Shown: positions 49,784 to 62,600 of the stretch, in pieces
How the letters are laid out: every line of letters starts with the position of its first letter
How positions within the stretch are numbered: the stretch's first letter is position 1
Assembly (NCBI GenBank): GCA_026770705.1
Contig: JANJGN010000005.1
Coordinates: 137,516,001-137,580,000 of the forward strand
Source: Isurus oxyrinchus
Taxonomy: Eukaryota
Direction of reading: 5' to 3'
Length of the DNA stretch: 64,000 nt
Position numbers and translations under genes: made by a program
Notes under the pieces: generated by a model
What the model was told of the DNA's origin: nothing
Databases searched by the model: none
What the model saw: the letters and a program-made list of their open reading frames with translations, nothing else

Positions 49784-50009
49784 TTTGAAACATGTTTTTC
49801 AATCGAAGTAATGGATTTCATGATAGAGGTTTGTTATCCACTAGTGCCTCATTTAACAACTTAACGCCAGTGTAATTATTGACATTTGATTTAGCATTTA
49901 ATGTTGATAGTTTGCTGTAGCATCAACTAGCCCCAACAAAGCAAAGCATCTTTTTTTTTCTTATGGTAAGATGGTATTTGCTGCTTTGGCAAACCAGTTA
50001 GTATCTATC

Positions 50010-50940
50010 TGAGTCATAGAGGTCTACAGCAGAGAAAAAGGCCCTTCAGCCCATCGAGTCTGCGCCAGTAAACAAGTACCTAATTATTCTATTCCCATTT
50101 TCCAGCACTAGGCCCAGAGCCTTGTATGCCATGGCATCGCAAGTGCACATCCAAATACTTCTTAAGTGTTATGAGGGTTTTTCCCTCTTATCACCCTTTC
50201 AGGCAGTGAGTTCCAGTTCCCATCACCCTCTGGGTGAAAAAATTCTTCCTCACTTCCCCTCTAAACCTCCTGCCCCTTACCTTAAATCCATGCCTCCAGG
50301 TTATTGATCCCTCCATCAAGGGGAAAAGTTCCTTCCTGTCCACCCTATCTATGCCCCTCATAATTTTTATACACCTCAATCATGTCCCCCCTCAATCTCC
50401 TCTTCCCCAGGTAAAATAACCCCAGTCTATCCAATCTCTCCTCATAACTAAAGCTCTCCAGCCCAGGCAACATCTTGGTAAATCTGCTCTGCACTCTCTA
50501 TAGTGCAATCGCACCCTTCCTATAATGCGGATTCCAGAACTGCACGCAATACTCTAGCTGTGGCCTAACCAGCATTTTATACAGTTCCAGCATAACCTCC
50601 CTGCTCTTATATTCTATCCCTCGGCCAATAAAGGCAAGTATCCCATATGCCTTCTTAACCACCTTCTCTACCTGTCCCACTACCTTAAGGGGCGGGTGGA
50701 CATGCACACCAAGTCTCTCTGACCCTCGGTACTTCCCATGATCCTACCATTCATCATGTATTCCTGTGCCTTGTTTGTCCTGCCTGAGTGCATCACCTCA
50801 CGCTTATCCGGATTAAATTCCATTTGCCACTGATCAGCCCATCTGACCAGCCCGTCTATATCCTCCTGTAATCTAAGGCTATCCTCACTATTTATCACCC
50901 TACCAATTTTCATGTCATCCACGAGCTTATTGATCAACTC
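50010..50940 (-). mobile_element. CR1 LINE 3' fragment
   Basis: KLVDDMKIG, WADQWQMEFNPDK, VRPQLEYCVQFW and KNFFTQRV. Confidence 0.9.
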
Positions 50941-51125
50941 TTTTACATCTTATCGCACGCATGTAGGACCTCTGTGTGACCTTTGTCGCGGCTTTACTTA
51001 GCTTGATGAGCTTCCAGTTCCATGGATGGCCATGTCTAAGCCTTTGGTCATGTTTTCAAGCGCAGCAGTAGAAAGAGGCTGGGTACAAGCACAGAACCTT
51101 TTTGTTACCAATGCGCATCAACATT

Positions 51126-54100
51126 GGGGCAGTGGCATAGTGTGAATGTTATTGGAGTAGTTACCCAGAGGCCAAGTTCTCTGGGGACACAGGTTCAAAT
51201 CCCACCATGGCAGCTGGTAAAACTCATTTTTAATTCCAGATTTATTAATTAAATGTGAGTATTAGAGACCATGAAACTATCGAATTGTTTTAAAGACCTA
51301 TCTGGTTCACTAATGTCCTTTAGGGAAGGAAGTCTGCCTTCTTTATCTGGTCTGGTCTACATGTGACTCCAAACCCACAATGTGGTTAACTGTTAACTGC
51401 CTCTGAAGCAACCTAGAAAGCCACACAGTTATACCAAACAGTTACAGAAAAGTAAAAAAGAATAAAACTGGATATATTGCTATAAAAAAGAGACATTTTT
51501 GTAAAGGTTTTAGTCTTTTCATCAGGACAATTCACAAGAAAATACTAATGTAAGGAGGAAATGCTGATGCATTCTCCATGGCAATGCCTCTACCAATCAA
51601 AATCCACTTGCCAGCCAATCACTCTCTTCTCATTCAGTACAAATATGTACTTGCCCCTGACATTGGGTTTCTTTTTTTGCAAATCGTCCTGATGAGCAAA
51701 AAATGAAAACCTTCAAAAAAAAAAAAATTTTTTTTCATCAATACTCAAGTTCTCTACTACCAAATGACTGGATGTATGACCTGGCATTGACTTAGGTGCT
51801 GAAAATAACAACGGCACACTGTGCCAGTTGACACTGCAAAGTCCTTTTTACTAACATCTAGGAGCTTATGCGAGAATTGGGAGAGCTGTTCCACAGATGT
51901 GTCAAGTAACAGCAATAGGCATATTCACTGAATCATACCTTGCAGCCAATGTGCAAAACACCTCCATCATCATCCCTGGGTGTGTACTGTCCTACTGGCA
52001 GGACAAACCCAACAGGACGTGGTGGTACAGTGGTATACAGTCGAGAGGAAGTTGTGCTGGGAGTAACATTGACTCTGAATGCCATGAAGTCTCATGGCAT
52101 CAGATTAAACATGGGCAAGAAAACTTCCTGCTGATAAGCACGTATTGCCCTCCCTCACTTGATGAATCAGTACTCCTCCGTGTTCAAAACTACTTGGAAG
52201 AAGCACTGAGGGTAGCAGGGGCACAGAATGTACTTCATGTGGGGGACTTCAATGCCCATCACTAGTGGCTCAGTAGCACCACTACTGACTCTGCTGGCCA
52301 AGTGCTGATGGTGGGGGAAACCAACAAAAGATGAAAAAAACCCTGCTAGACTTTGCACCCATGAATCTATCTGTCACTGCTGTATCTGTCCATGATAGTA
52401 TTGGTAGGAGTGACCTTTGGAGATGAAGCCTGGTCTTCACACTGAGGATACCCTCTGTTGTATGTTGTGGCACTACCACTGTGCAAAATGGAATAGATTC
52501 AGAACAGATCAAGCAGCTCAAAACTGGGCATTTATGAGGTGTCGTGTGCCATCAGCAGAAGTGTATTCCACCACAATCTGTAATCTGGATTTCCAGAAGG
52601 CGTTTGACAAAGTGCCACATCAAAGGTTACTACAGAAAATAAGAGCTCATGGTGTAGGGGGTAACATATTAGCACAGATAGAGGATTGGTTAGCTAGCAA
52701 AAAAATAGAGTAGGCATAAATAGGTCATTTTCGGGGTGGCGAGATGGAAAGAGTGGAATACCACAGGGGTCAGTGCTGGGACCTCAACTATTTACAATCT
52801 ACATCAATGACTTGGATGAAAGGACAGAAGGTATGGTTGCTAAATTTGCTGATGACACAAGGTGGATAGGAGAGGAAGTTGTAAAGAGGGCACAAGGAGT
52901 CTGCAAAAGGATATAGATTGAGAGTGGGCAAAAATTTGGCAAATGGAGTATAATGTGGGAAAAATGTGAACTTGTCCACTTTGGCAAGAAGAATAGAAAA
53001 GCAGCATATTATTTGAATGGAGAGAGTGAGATTACAGAACTCTACTACAGAGGCCAGACCCCTTTTGACATCATGAGCTGAAAACATGCCCCTTGAGGTC
53101 AGTCTGGAATACCTGGCAGTTTTCTTTTGTGATTTTTAAATATTTTGAAACAATTATGATACTTTTTAAAACTGTTATAAACTTAAATAAATTGAAACTT
53201 TTAAAACAGTTTTTCAAAGTTTGCTGAGGTGTGTCCCATGGACATTCTTGCTACTTGGCTTCTCTGGGTGCCCTGGTACATGAAATCATGAAAAGTTAGT
53301 ATTCCACAAGTGATTAGGAAGGCAAATGGAACGTTGTTGTTTATTGCAAGGGGAATGGGATGTAAAATTAGGGAAGTTTCGCTACAGTTGTACAAGGCAT
53401 TGGTGAGACATCAAAAGTACAGTTTTGATGATATTTAAGAAAGGACATAATTGCATTAGTTGCAGTTCAGGGAGGGTTCACGACTGGTTTCTGGGATGAA
53501 GGGGTTATCTTACGTGGAAAGGTTAGACAGGCTGGGCCTGTATTCCTTGGAGTTTGGAAGAATGAGAAGTGACCTTGTTGAAGCGTATAAAATCCTAAGG
53601 AGATTTGACAAGTGAGTGCTGAAAGGATGTTTCCCCTTGTGGGCGAGATGAGAACTAGAGGACAGGGTTTAAAAATAAGGGATCTCCCATTTAAGACAGC
53701 GACGATAAAAAACTTTATCTGGAGGCCGTTAGACTGTGGAATTCTCCTCTTGCCCAGAAAGCAGTGGTGGCAGGGTCACTGAATTTTTGAAGGCTGAGTT
53801 AGATAAATTCTTGACTGACAAAGGAGTCAAAGGGTATAGGGGGTAGACATGAAAGTAGAGGCCGCAATCAGATCAGCAATGATCTTTTGGAATGTAGAAG
53901 CAGACTTGAGGGGCTGAATGGCCTACTCCTGCGCCTAATTCGTATATTCATATGCTCATGGGCCATTTCCTTCACCTTACCATTACATCAAACTAGAGGA
54001 TCAGTGCTGGTTCAGTGAAGAGTGCAAGAGAGCATGCTAGCAGCAGTACCAGGCATACTAATAGTTGAAGTGCCAACCTGTTGTAGCTACAACACAGTAT

Positions 54101-56020
54101 GCATGCCAAACAAAAGAAGCAGCACACAATAGACAGAACTAAGTGCTGCCACAGCCAATGGATCAGATTAAAATTCTGCAGTCCTGCCACATCCAGTCAT
54201 GAATATAAGTAGGTAGCTTTAAACAACTAACTTGAGGGGGCTCCACAAATATGCCCATCCTCAATGATGGGGGAGCCCAGCACATCAGGCAGTAAATGCT
54301 GCCTTAACCAGCGATGCCCAAGTCCCATGGATAAATAAAAATAAAGACAAGATTGAACATTTTCAGCCATCAGCAGACAGAAATGCCAAGTGCTTGATCC
54401 ATCTCAGCCTACTCCTGTGGTCCCCAACATCACACGTCAGTCTTAAGCCAATTCAATTCACTCCATGTGACTTCAAGAAATGGCTGAAGGTACTGACTAC
54501 AGCTAGGGTTATGGGTGCTGACAAAAACCCGGCAGTAGTTCTGCTCCAGAACTAGCTACTCCCTTAGCCAATATAGCTACAACACTGAAATCTACCTGAT
54601 AATGTGGAAAATTGGCCAGATATGTCCTTTCAACAAAAACAGCTCAAATCCAATCTGGCCAATTACTGCGCTGTTGGTTTACCCGCAATCATCTGCAAAG
54701 TGACATAGTGTCATCAACAGTGCTATCAAGTAGCACTGATACAGCAAATAACCTGCTCACCAGTGCCCAGTTTGGTTTTCACCATGACTGCTCGTCTCCT
54801 GACCTCACTACAGCCTTGGCCCTAATATGGACAAAAGAACTGAATTCAAGATGGACAAAGGAACTAAAATCAAAAGTTGAGATGAGTGTGACTGCATTTG
54901 ACTGAGTATGGCATCAAGGAATCTCAAAATTAAAGTCAAGGAGAACTTGGGGAGGGGTACTGGGGAACTCTGCACTGGTTGGAGTCATACCAAGCAAAAA
55001 AGAAGATGGCTGTGGTTGTTGGAGACCAATCATCTTAGTCCAAGGACATTGCTGCAAGAGTTCCTCAGGGTAGTGTCCTAGGCCCAGTCATCTCTAGTTG
55101 CTTCATCAATGACCTTCCCTCCATCATAAGGTCAGAATTGGGAATGTGCAATCATTATCAAGCAATGCTCAGCACCATTCGGGACTTCTCAGGTACTGAA
55201 GCAGTCCATTACTACATGCAGCAAGCCGTGGACAACGTCCAGGCTTGGGCTGAAAAGTGGCAAGTAATATTGGCACCATACCAGTGTCAGGTAATGACCA
55301 TTTCCAGCCAAAAGAACCTAATCATCTCATCTTAACATTTAGTGGCACTGCCATCATTGAATTCTCACCATCAACATATTAGGGGTTTCCATTGACCAGA
55401 AACTGAACTGGACCAGCCATATAAATACTGTGGCTACAAGAGCAGGTCAGATGCTAGGAATCCTGCAGCAAGTAACTAGTCTCCTGACTGCTCAAAACTT
55501 GTCCACTATCTACAAGGCACAAGTCAGGAGTGTGTTGGAAAGCTATCCACTTGCCTGAAAAGTGCAGTCTCAATAATGCTTAAGAAGCTCAACACAACCC
55601 AGGGCAAAGTAGCCTGCTTGATTGACACCCCATCCACCAACGATGCATGGTGGCAGCAATGCGTACTATGTACATGATGTATCACTGCAACTTGCCAAGG
55701 CTTCTTTGACAGCACCTTCAAAATCTGCGACCTCTACTACCTAGAAGGGAAAGGGCAGCAGATGCATGGGAATACTACCACCTGCAGGTCCCCTCCAAAC
55801 CACACATCATCTTCACTTAGAACTATATCACTATTCCCTTCACTGTTGCTTGGTTAAACCTTGGCACTCCTTTCCTAACAGCACTATAGTTGTATCTACA
55901 GCAGTTGGACTGCAGTAGTTCAAGGAGACACTTACCACCACCTCCTTAAGGACAATTAGGGATGAGCAACAAATGTTGAACTTGCCATCAACACTCACGT
56001 CCCATGAAAGAATTAAAAAA
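51126..56020 (+). mobile_element. tRNA-headed CR1/L2-group LINE (APE-RT, degenerate) with nested PLE-B palindrome (~51476-51767) and CR1 (~52580-53950)
   Basis: Pol III-like head (TGGCATAGTG; GGTTCAAATCCC), then APE remnants (IFTESYL, GGTVVYSRE, VGDFNAHH) and RT remnants (AQFGF, VPQGSVLGPVISSCFINDL), ending in an A-rich tail at 56020. Confidence 0.75.
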
Positions 56021-57348
56021 GTTACTAAATGCTCCAAATAGAGCTGACTCACCATCTAAACAAACCTTTCTTGGCACCCAAACTTGGCCAGAGGTTTCAA
56101 CAGACCCAGTCAGCTGACAGTGTGTCACAATTCTTGGTCATGTCAGTGAAGATTATGTAAAGGTCTTTTATACCACTGTACATGTTCTTTCTGAATCTAC
56201 TGAGTGATGAAAACAGTCAATGATGTTGAAGTTTGAATTTAAGCGACAATATGCCTTTGGGAGGAATGAGTCAACATTTTGAAAAGGTTGATTGGGAAAT
56301 ACTTTTGTGGATTTGTTTCCAGCTATCAAATTAAAATAAATTTCTCAATATGTGCCAGTTTTTTTAGTCTCTCATGATTATAAATGCTATGATTGTATTC
56401 TTTAAATCTTGTTGTCTGGTACCACTTCCAGATGATTTTGAAGCACCTGTATAATTAGTAAGTGGCAGCCCAAGTGCTGCATTTGTCAATATTTGCAAGG
56501 TTTTACACCTGGTTCTGGGGCTTCATGATTGCCCTTGTCTAATTTGTTTCATTAACCGTGGCAGTTATTAGGATCTCCATGTTATTTTGTAGCTGCTGTG
56601 TGACTGAAGATTTTGTGTATATGTTGATTGCTGGTTTATTCAATGATTTATCAAAGTACTTGTATCATCATTATGCAATCTTGTCTTTACATAGACTAGG
56701 ACAGCATCCTCTGTACTCTTCAGAAATCCAGTCTTGGTATATTTGGAGCTGTGCTCTTTTCTTAATGAATCATAGAAGCTGTTTGTGTCATTTTGATGAA
56801 CATATTGGATTTTATCCACTTTTTTTGTCTTTCATTTGCTGCAGCTTAGCCTGGACCAGATAACTCACATTTTTGTGCAATGCTTTCATTGCAGGAGATC
56901 TATCTAATGCTATCTAATGACAACATTCCCCGCCCCACCGCAACGTTTCTGCTTGTAAGCATCACTTATGAGAGATATAACTCAAACTCTTCCCTAGTAA
57001 GGAATGAACTCTTAGAGGAATTGAGAAAATTGGGGATTTCTTTTTTAAGTAGCTCTTTTCCACCAAAACTGCCGCCATTACCTGCGACTATGCCTGTGAC
57101 TGAGGCATTAAAATCATTCTAACCTATATAAACCTATATGCTGTTAATGCAAATTCTAGTTGTATGATCTCTCCATTTTTTTGTCTTAAATCTCTTCATA
57201 TACGTGTTATTTGTTTCATAAGTTTTTGAGTTCTTTAGTCCCTTACAATTCTAAGTCATTTATTTAGTATTTTTGTTTTGGCTAAGTATTTCTAAGTGTT
57301 TTTATTAATCTGGCCTTTTTTGATATTGTAATCTTTCTAACATAAAAT

Positions 57349-57710
57349 TTGCATTTATATAGCATCGTTCAGGCGCTTCAGCAACAGAAGCATAGTCTTT
57401 GTTTTTATGTAGGCAAAGCAACCAATCTGCGCCCAAGTTCCCAGTGAACTTATTTTGATCCATGATGATAAATGTTGGGCAGCATACTAGGAGAATTTTC
57501 CTGCTTCTCGGACTGAAACCTGCTATCTTCACAGCCACCTGAACAGGCAGATGGGACCTCGATTTGACTTCTGATCCGAAAAGTAGCACCTGCAACAATG
57601 CAGGATTCCTTCAGAATTGCACTGAACCGTCAGCCAAGACTAAGTGCTGTAGTCCTGGAGCAGGCCTTGAACTCCTAGCATGCTTGTAACTGACTGCGAA
57701 GGCTATTAAT
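57349..57710 (-). mobile_element. Deu-domain SINE (SacSINE1-like)
   Basis: ttgcatttatatagc tail, ccacctgaacaggcagatggg...tccgaaaag..gcacct...aatgcag Deu-domain-like core and a tRNA-like head. Confidence 0.7.
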
Positions 57711-57818
57711 GAGGCATCTGATATATATTTCAGTTTTCAAAAACAAATCAATTCTTAAAATTTACAGCTCTAGATTAATATTTTAGTGAAATTAAATAAA
57801 ATTCTGTTTCCTCTACAG

Positions 57819-58069
57819 AACAATTACTGAACAGAATACGACAAGATGCCAAAGATGACAATGAGATCCACAAGCGACTAAATAAAGTCAATCGATATAT
57901 TGGGGAAAAAATAATGGACATTAATAAGCAGTGGCGAAAAGCCAAAGCAGAAATATCAAAATTTAGGAACTGTGAATGTGAGATGGGATTAAAATGTGAA
58001 ACTCATGCACATTGTGAGAGATCCGAAGTACCTATCAAGGAAGAGATTGAAACTTTTATCTATGAATAA
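57819..58069 (+). CDS. BEND5-like: BEND5-like gene, last coding exon (end of BEN domain, Cys/His tail, stop)
   Basis: ctctacag acceptor, phase 1. Encodes EQLLNRIRQDAKDDNEIHKRLNKVNRYIGEKIMDINKQWRKAKAEISKFRNCECEMGLKCETHAHCERSEVPIKEEIETFIYE* with TAA at 58067-58069. 'KVNxYIxEKIMDINK' matches BEND5. Confidence 0.93.
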
Positions 58070-58914
58070 TCTAGTGAGAACTAATGTCTTGCATGATCAG
58101 AAAGTTCTGTTCATGGCTATTCTGATTATTAATAGTATATAACTATTATTTGATTACAGTGAAATCTACTTGTTCTCTTATCATTTGTTTACATAGAATG
58201 GTACCATAGAAAGCTTTTTCCTATTAATTTCTGTATAACTTTCAAGTTTTATATATCAATGTTAAATCAGTGGAATGTTCAGATAATTCAGCAAATTGTT
58301 GTGGAATTCTACAGAAGGAAGCCATTTAGCCTGTTGCAACTATGCCATTCTCAGCTGTCTACTTAATCCCCATTTCCTGCCCTTCTCCTATATCGTTTCT
58401 TTTTAATTCAAATATTTATCCACTTCCCTGTTAAAGCCTATAATAGATCCTGTTTCCACGACCTAACAATGCTGAGTTTAATAATAAATAATTCTTTTTG
58501 CCTTTTGTTATTTTGGTAACGATAAATTTAAGCTCTTTATTTACTGAGTCATCAATTAATTGGACATAGTTTTTCCCTATCTACCGTATCAAAACTCTTT
58601 TATTTTGAATATTGCATAAGAGCTTCTCATGATATTGCTTGTAATCTTATAAAAGATTGTGTCAGTATCTGTGATCTGTCCTCATAACCAAATTATCTCA
58701 TCTCTGGAATGATCTTAGTGAATCTCTTCTGTACTCTGACTGTGTCCTTGATGTCCCTCTCTCCGTAAGTCAAACAAAACCAAATATAAAATCAAAAATT
58801 TGGCTGAACCAGTATTATGTTTAGCTTTAGCCTTACCCTTTGCTTTTGTATTCTGTGTCCCAATTTATAAAACATAGAATCTTGTTGTATACTTTTTTTT
58901 TATACAGCTTTATC

Positions 58915-59330
58915 GTTATTCATTCGTTGGATGTGGCGATCACTGTCCGAGCTGGCATTTATCACCAATCCCTAGTTGTCCTTGAAGAAGATGATGTTGA
59001 GCATTTTTGTACTGCTGCAACTCGTCTAGTGAAGGTACTGCCAAAATGCTATTAGGTGGGGAGTTCCAGGATTTTGACCCAGTGAGAATATAGGAATGAC
59101 AATATATTTCCCAAGTAAGGATTATGTGTGACTTGGAAGGAAACTTTGAGGTGATGGTGTTCCCGTACGTCCAACTAGATGGTAGAGGTTGTGGAATTGG
59201 GTGGGACTGCTATGGGAAGGTGCTGTGGTGAATTTGTAGATAGTAAACATTGCAGCCACAGAGAGGATGTTTAAGCTGGTGGCTGGCATGCTGATCAAGT
59301 TACTGCTTTATCCTGGATTGTGTTCTCCGG
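58915..59330 (-). mobile_element. LINE 3' fragment (same family as 43740-44290)
   Basis: gagttccaggattttgacccagtg and tail homology. Confidence 0.7.
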
Positions 59331-59608
59331 ATTCCCATTCACTTCAGTTTTACTAGTGCTTCTTGGCATGTATGTGATCAAATGCTGCCTTGATATCAAA
59401 GTCCCTTGGAAGTGAACTTGTCCTCTCACTTTTACAAATATTGATTGGAATCTCTTAAGTCCTCAGCTTCTCTTTTTTAAGGTTTCAGCATTTATTGTAT
59501 ATTTCGTATCCTTATTTCTCAATGATAACTTTCAGCTTGTGTCATACTATTGGAACTGAGTAGTTCACTCTTTTGAAAAAAACATTAAATGTAAGATATA
59601 CCAGGTTC

Positions 59609-62600
59609 TGTAAGAACCACTGTATAAGTTTTAGGTTCAGGAATCACAGATTACCCAAAATACATGGTTGGGAACTCCCAAGTGATTTTAAGGCAGTTTA
59701 TTAAGAAATGACAGATTATATATGATGCATAAGCTAAATAGATAGGAAAAGCATACAACCGTGACAGGTGAGAGCAGTATGCTGATCCCAGAGGACAAAT
59801 GGATGGATGGCACAGTGTGTGTTGATCCCTTGTGGCGACAGCCTTCTGCTCTGTAGCCAAAGTGTTACGTCAATCTTCTCCCGGTCTCCCATCATCTCTG
59901 GTCTTCCTGCATCTGAAGATCAGACATATGCCTGACGAGGACTACCCCCAGCCTTTGCGAACACATTAATATGCTTTATTTCTAGGGGCTGATTGCTTAC
60001 CCTGGGTGGGAGGGGGGAGGGGTCACATCCCCCTTGTCCATTACTTTTGTTTACCTCATACTGAGGACTATTTCTTAGTCTTTACTAAACACTTGTTTAA
60101 ATAGGACAGCATCTTAGGCCAGCGTTGTGGATCTCCTTATCTGTTAAATAGGTTCCAAGCCAAATGGTGAAATGTGAAACTAGGCACAAATTCTTTGCGT
60201 ACTAATTGGTTTATCTATAAAATGCAGCATCCTACATACTAACACCGTATCCCAGAAGGCTTCCTTTTGTTAATTTTTGAGCAAACTAAGAACAATTAAC
60301 CTAATGAATCACCCCTTTAAAGAGGAAGTCTTTCATTATATGTGCTCAAGATACTTAATCAGTACCCTTCACCTTTGTATCCTTAACCTTGATAATACAA
60401 TTAACGTACCATTAATAGATTCCCCTCTTTAAATTAAAACTTTATAACACAATGTTCCAAAACAAATCAGAGAAAAAAATGATTTTCATATTCTTTATGT
60501 CACATAATACAAGACTTTGCTCTTCTAAGACCTCCAATAGTGTTTCTGTGCAAGCATTCCTTTTGGTAAAGCAATCCAACAATTGGTGATTTGCATCAGC
60601 CCATTTTATCTTGGTGATTTATTTTCTTTCTAGCATCTCTTTTATGTTAGCAATGCCGATCCTTAGCCTTTTCTAGGTTATACTTTTTTGCCGAATGTAC
60701 ATTATCCCTCAGGGAATAGTTTCTACATTGCATTGAATGGGCAAACTTTTTTCGGAATATCTTAAATTCCTTCAAATGTTTAAGTAAAGTCCCATATCCA
60801 TTGCTTCTATCAGAGCCAGAATTTCTGAAGCTAGGGTACTTTTAACCACCCTTTTTATTTTCTTGGCTTCCCAGGCCAAAGGAGAACACTTTATCCATTT
60901 TTACCTACTAGGAATAGTAATCCAGCTGTACTCGAATACCAATCAGGAAAAAGGACTAACTTCATATCTTTTGGGTGATCCAGGTCTGGATACTAGAGTG
61001 CACATTCTCAAAATTTAATTTTGTTAATGTTTTATTTGCCCTCAAAAGCCATCTTGATTGTATTGTGTTTCATCATAGTATTAATTTCCAATACACCATA
61101 ACTGGCATCAGGCCTTGTCTGAGTACAAAGCTAGTTTAACTGTCCAATCAAGCTTCTTAGCTGCTCTGTTTCTTCTTTCTGTGATGATGTAGCCTGATTT
61201 ATTGGGATACGATTAACACTTCCTAGATAGGATTTTTGATTTCACGTTTTCTGATCAATGTGTAGGGTGATCAGTGTGTAAGCTTATATAATTAGAGACA
61301 CCAGTTCCTGACTTTCAATCTTAAACTCCCCACACGTTGCTCAGAATCTGCAGAACTACTCATAGAAAAGCATTGACATGTACCATGAAGATACCTGAGA
61401 ATTTTTCTTTGTGATTACAATAGAATATTGCTGGATCTACCTTCAGCTAAATGCATCCTACTTTCAGCAAGACAGACCTAACCAAGAAATGCCATGGCAT
61501 CAATGCATCATTTAATCCACAAACACGTGTTTAATTTCCACGGCTTCCCTTCTACATCACTTGCTTCGTTAGGTAGCTTCAAAAACACTTCTCATTGAAA
61601 TTTTTTACTCTACAAAAATGCGGCTTTTATTTGGATTGACCTACATTCCCATGAATGTGGCGAAAGGAGTTAAAGTTTTCAAGATTATTTTTTCTGTCAT
61701 GGGGGCACCATTCCAACATCTCGATCACCAAGTCTCTCTTCAAAGCCTTTAGCTGCGTGTCTCAATTTAGCCTTATGTCCCATCTGGGAGTATTGTTCTC
61801 CGTACACGTCCATTTGTGTTTAAGGCTGGCTGTTTCCTCTCTGGCTTCAGAATAGACACCAAATTCCTTCCAACTATTCAGCTCTTTTTTGTTGCTTCTC
61901 ATATTGATTTATCTTCTAATTTGTTTGCAGCCACCAAAACTACCTAATAATGTCTTCTACTTCTCTTCATATTCCTAGTTTTTTCTGTAGTCTTTGTTCT
62001 ATCACACAGCTTAGTCAAGCTATGGCCTCTATTTGCTCTCCTATCTATTCCTGGACTACTGCTACAGGATCTCTCCCTCCCAAGATCAGAGGTTCTGTCA
62101 CCAGTAAGTGATTGTTCACTAATGCCAGAGTCAAGTCCACCATATGGACTCGCATTCTGTTTTCCTGATTTCCACTGTTTCACTTGATTTGCCAGTCCAG
62201 AGATCTTACCTCTTTCCCATCATCTTAGACATTTAACCAATGCGTGAACTTGCTGGTGGCTTTACCTGCTCTCCCTATAACGGTCATATCCCTGCATTCA
62301 CTGGACCCTTCTGTTATGTACATTACATTAATGCCAATTTTAGGCAGTTGTCCTTTGGGTACAATTGTCCTATCCTATGCATTGGTATCACTTTCTGTTG
62401 TCACCCAGCCCCTTAGCTATGGTATTCTGTCCCTTTATAATTGTCAAATCTGAGTGTGAGGTACAGGATGCCTCCTTCTAATTTCTTAGATTCTGAAAGT
62501 TCGTAGTAAATCTAGATTAATCTAGATGAATGGACCCAAATAGTTTGACTACCATGTAGAATCACTGTCTTCCCAGCACACTTTATCACTTTTTACCTGC

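Noticed and set aside
49531-49821. ORFs spanning the N run
   Set aside because: Artefacts of the assembly gap.
58483-58488. AATAAA as the gene's polyadenylation signal
   Set aside because: It lies in AT-rich decayed repeat sequence with no independent support.
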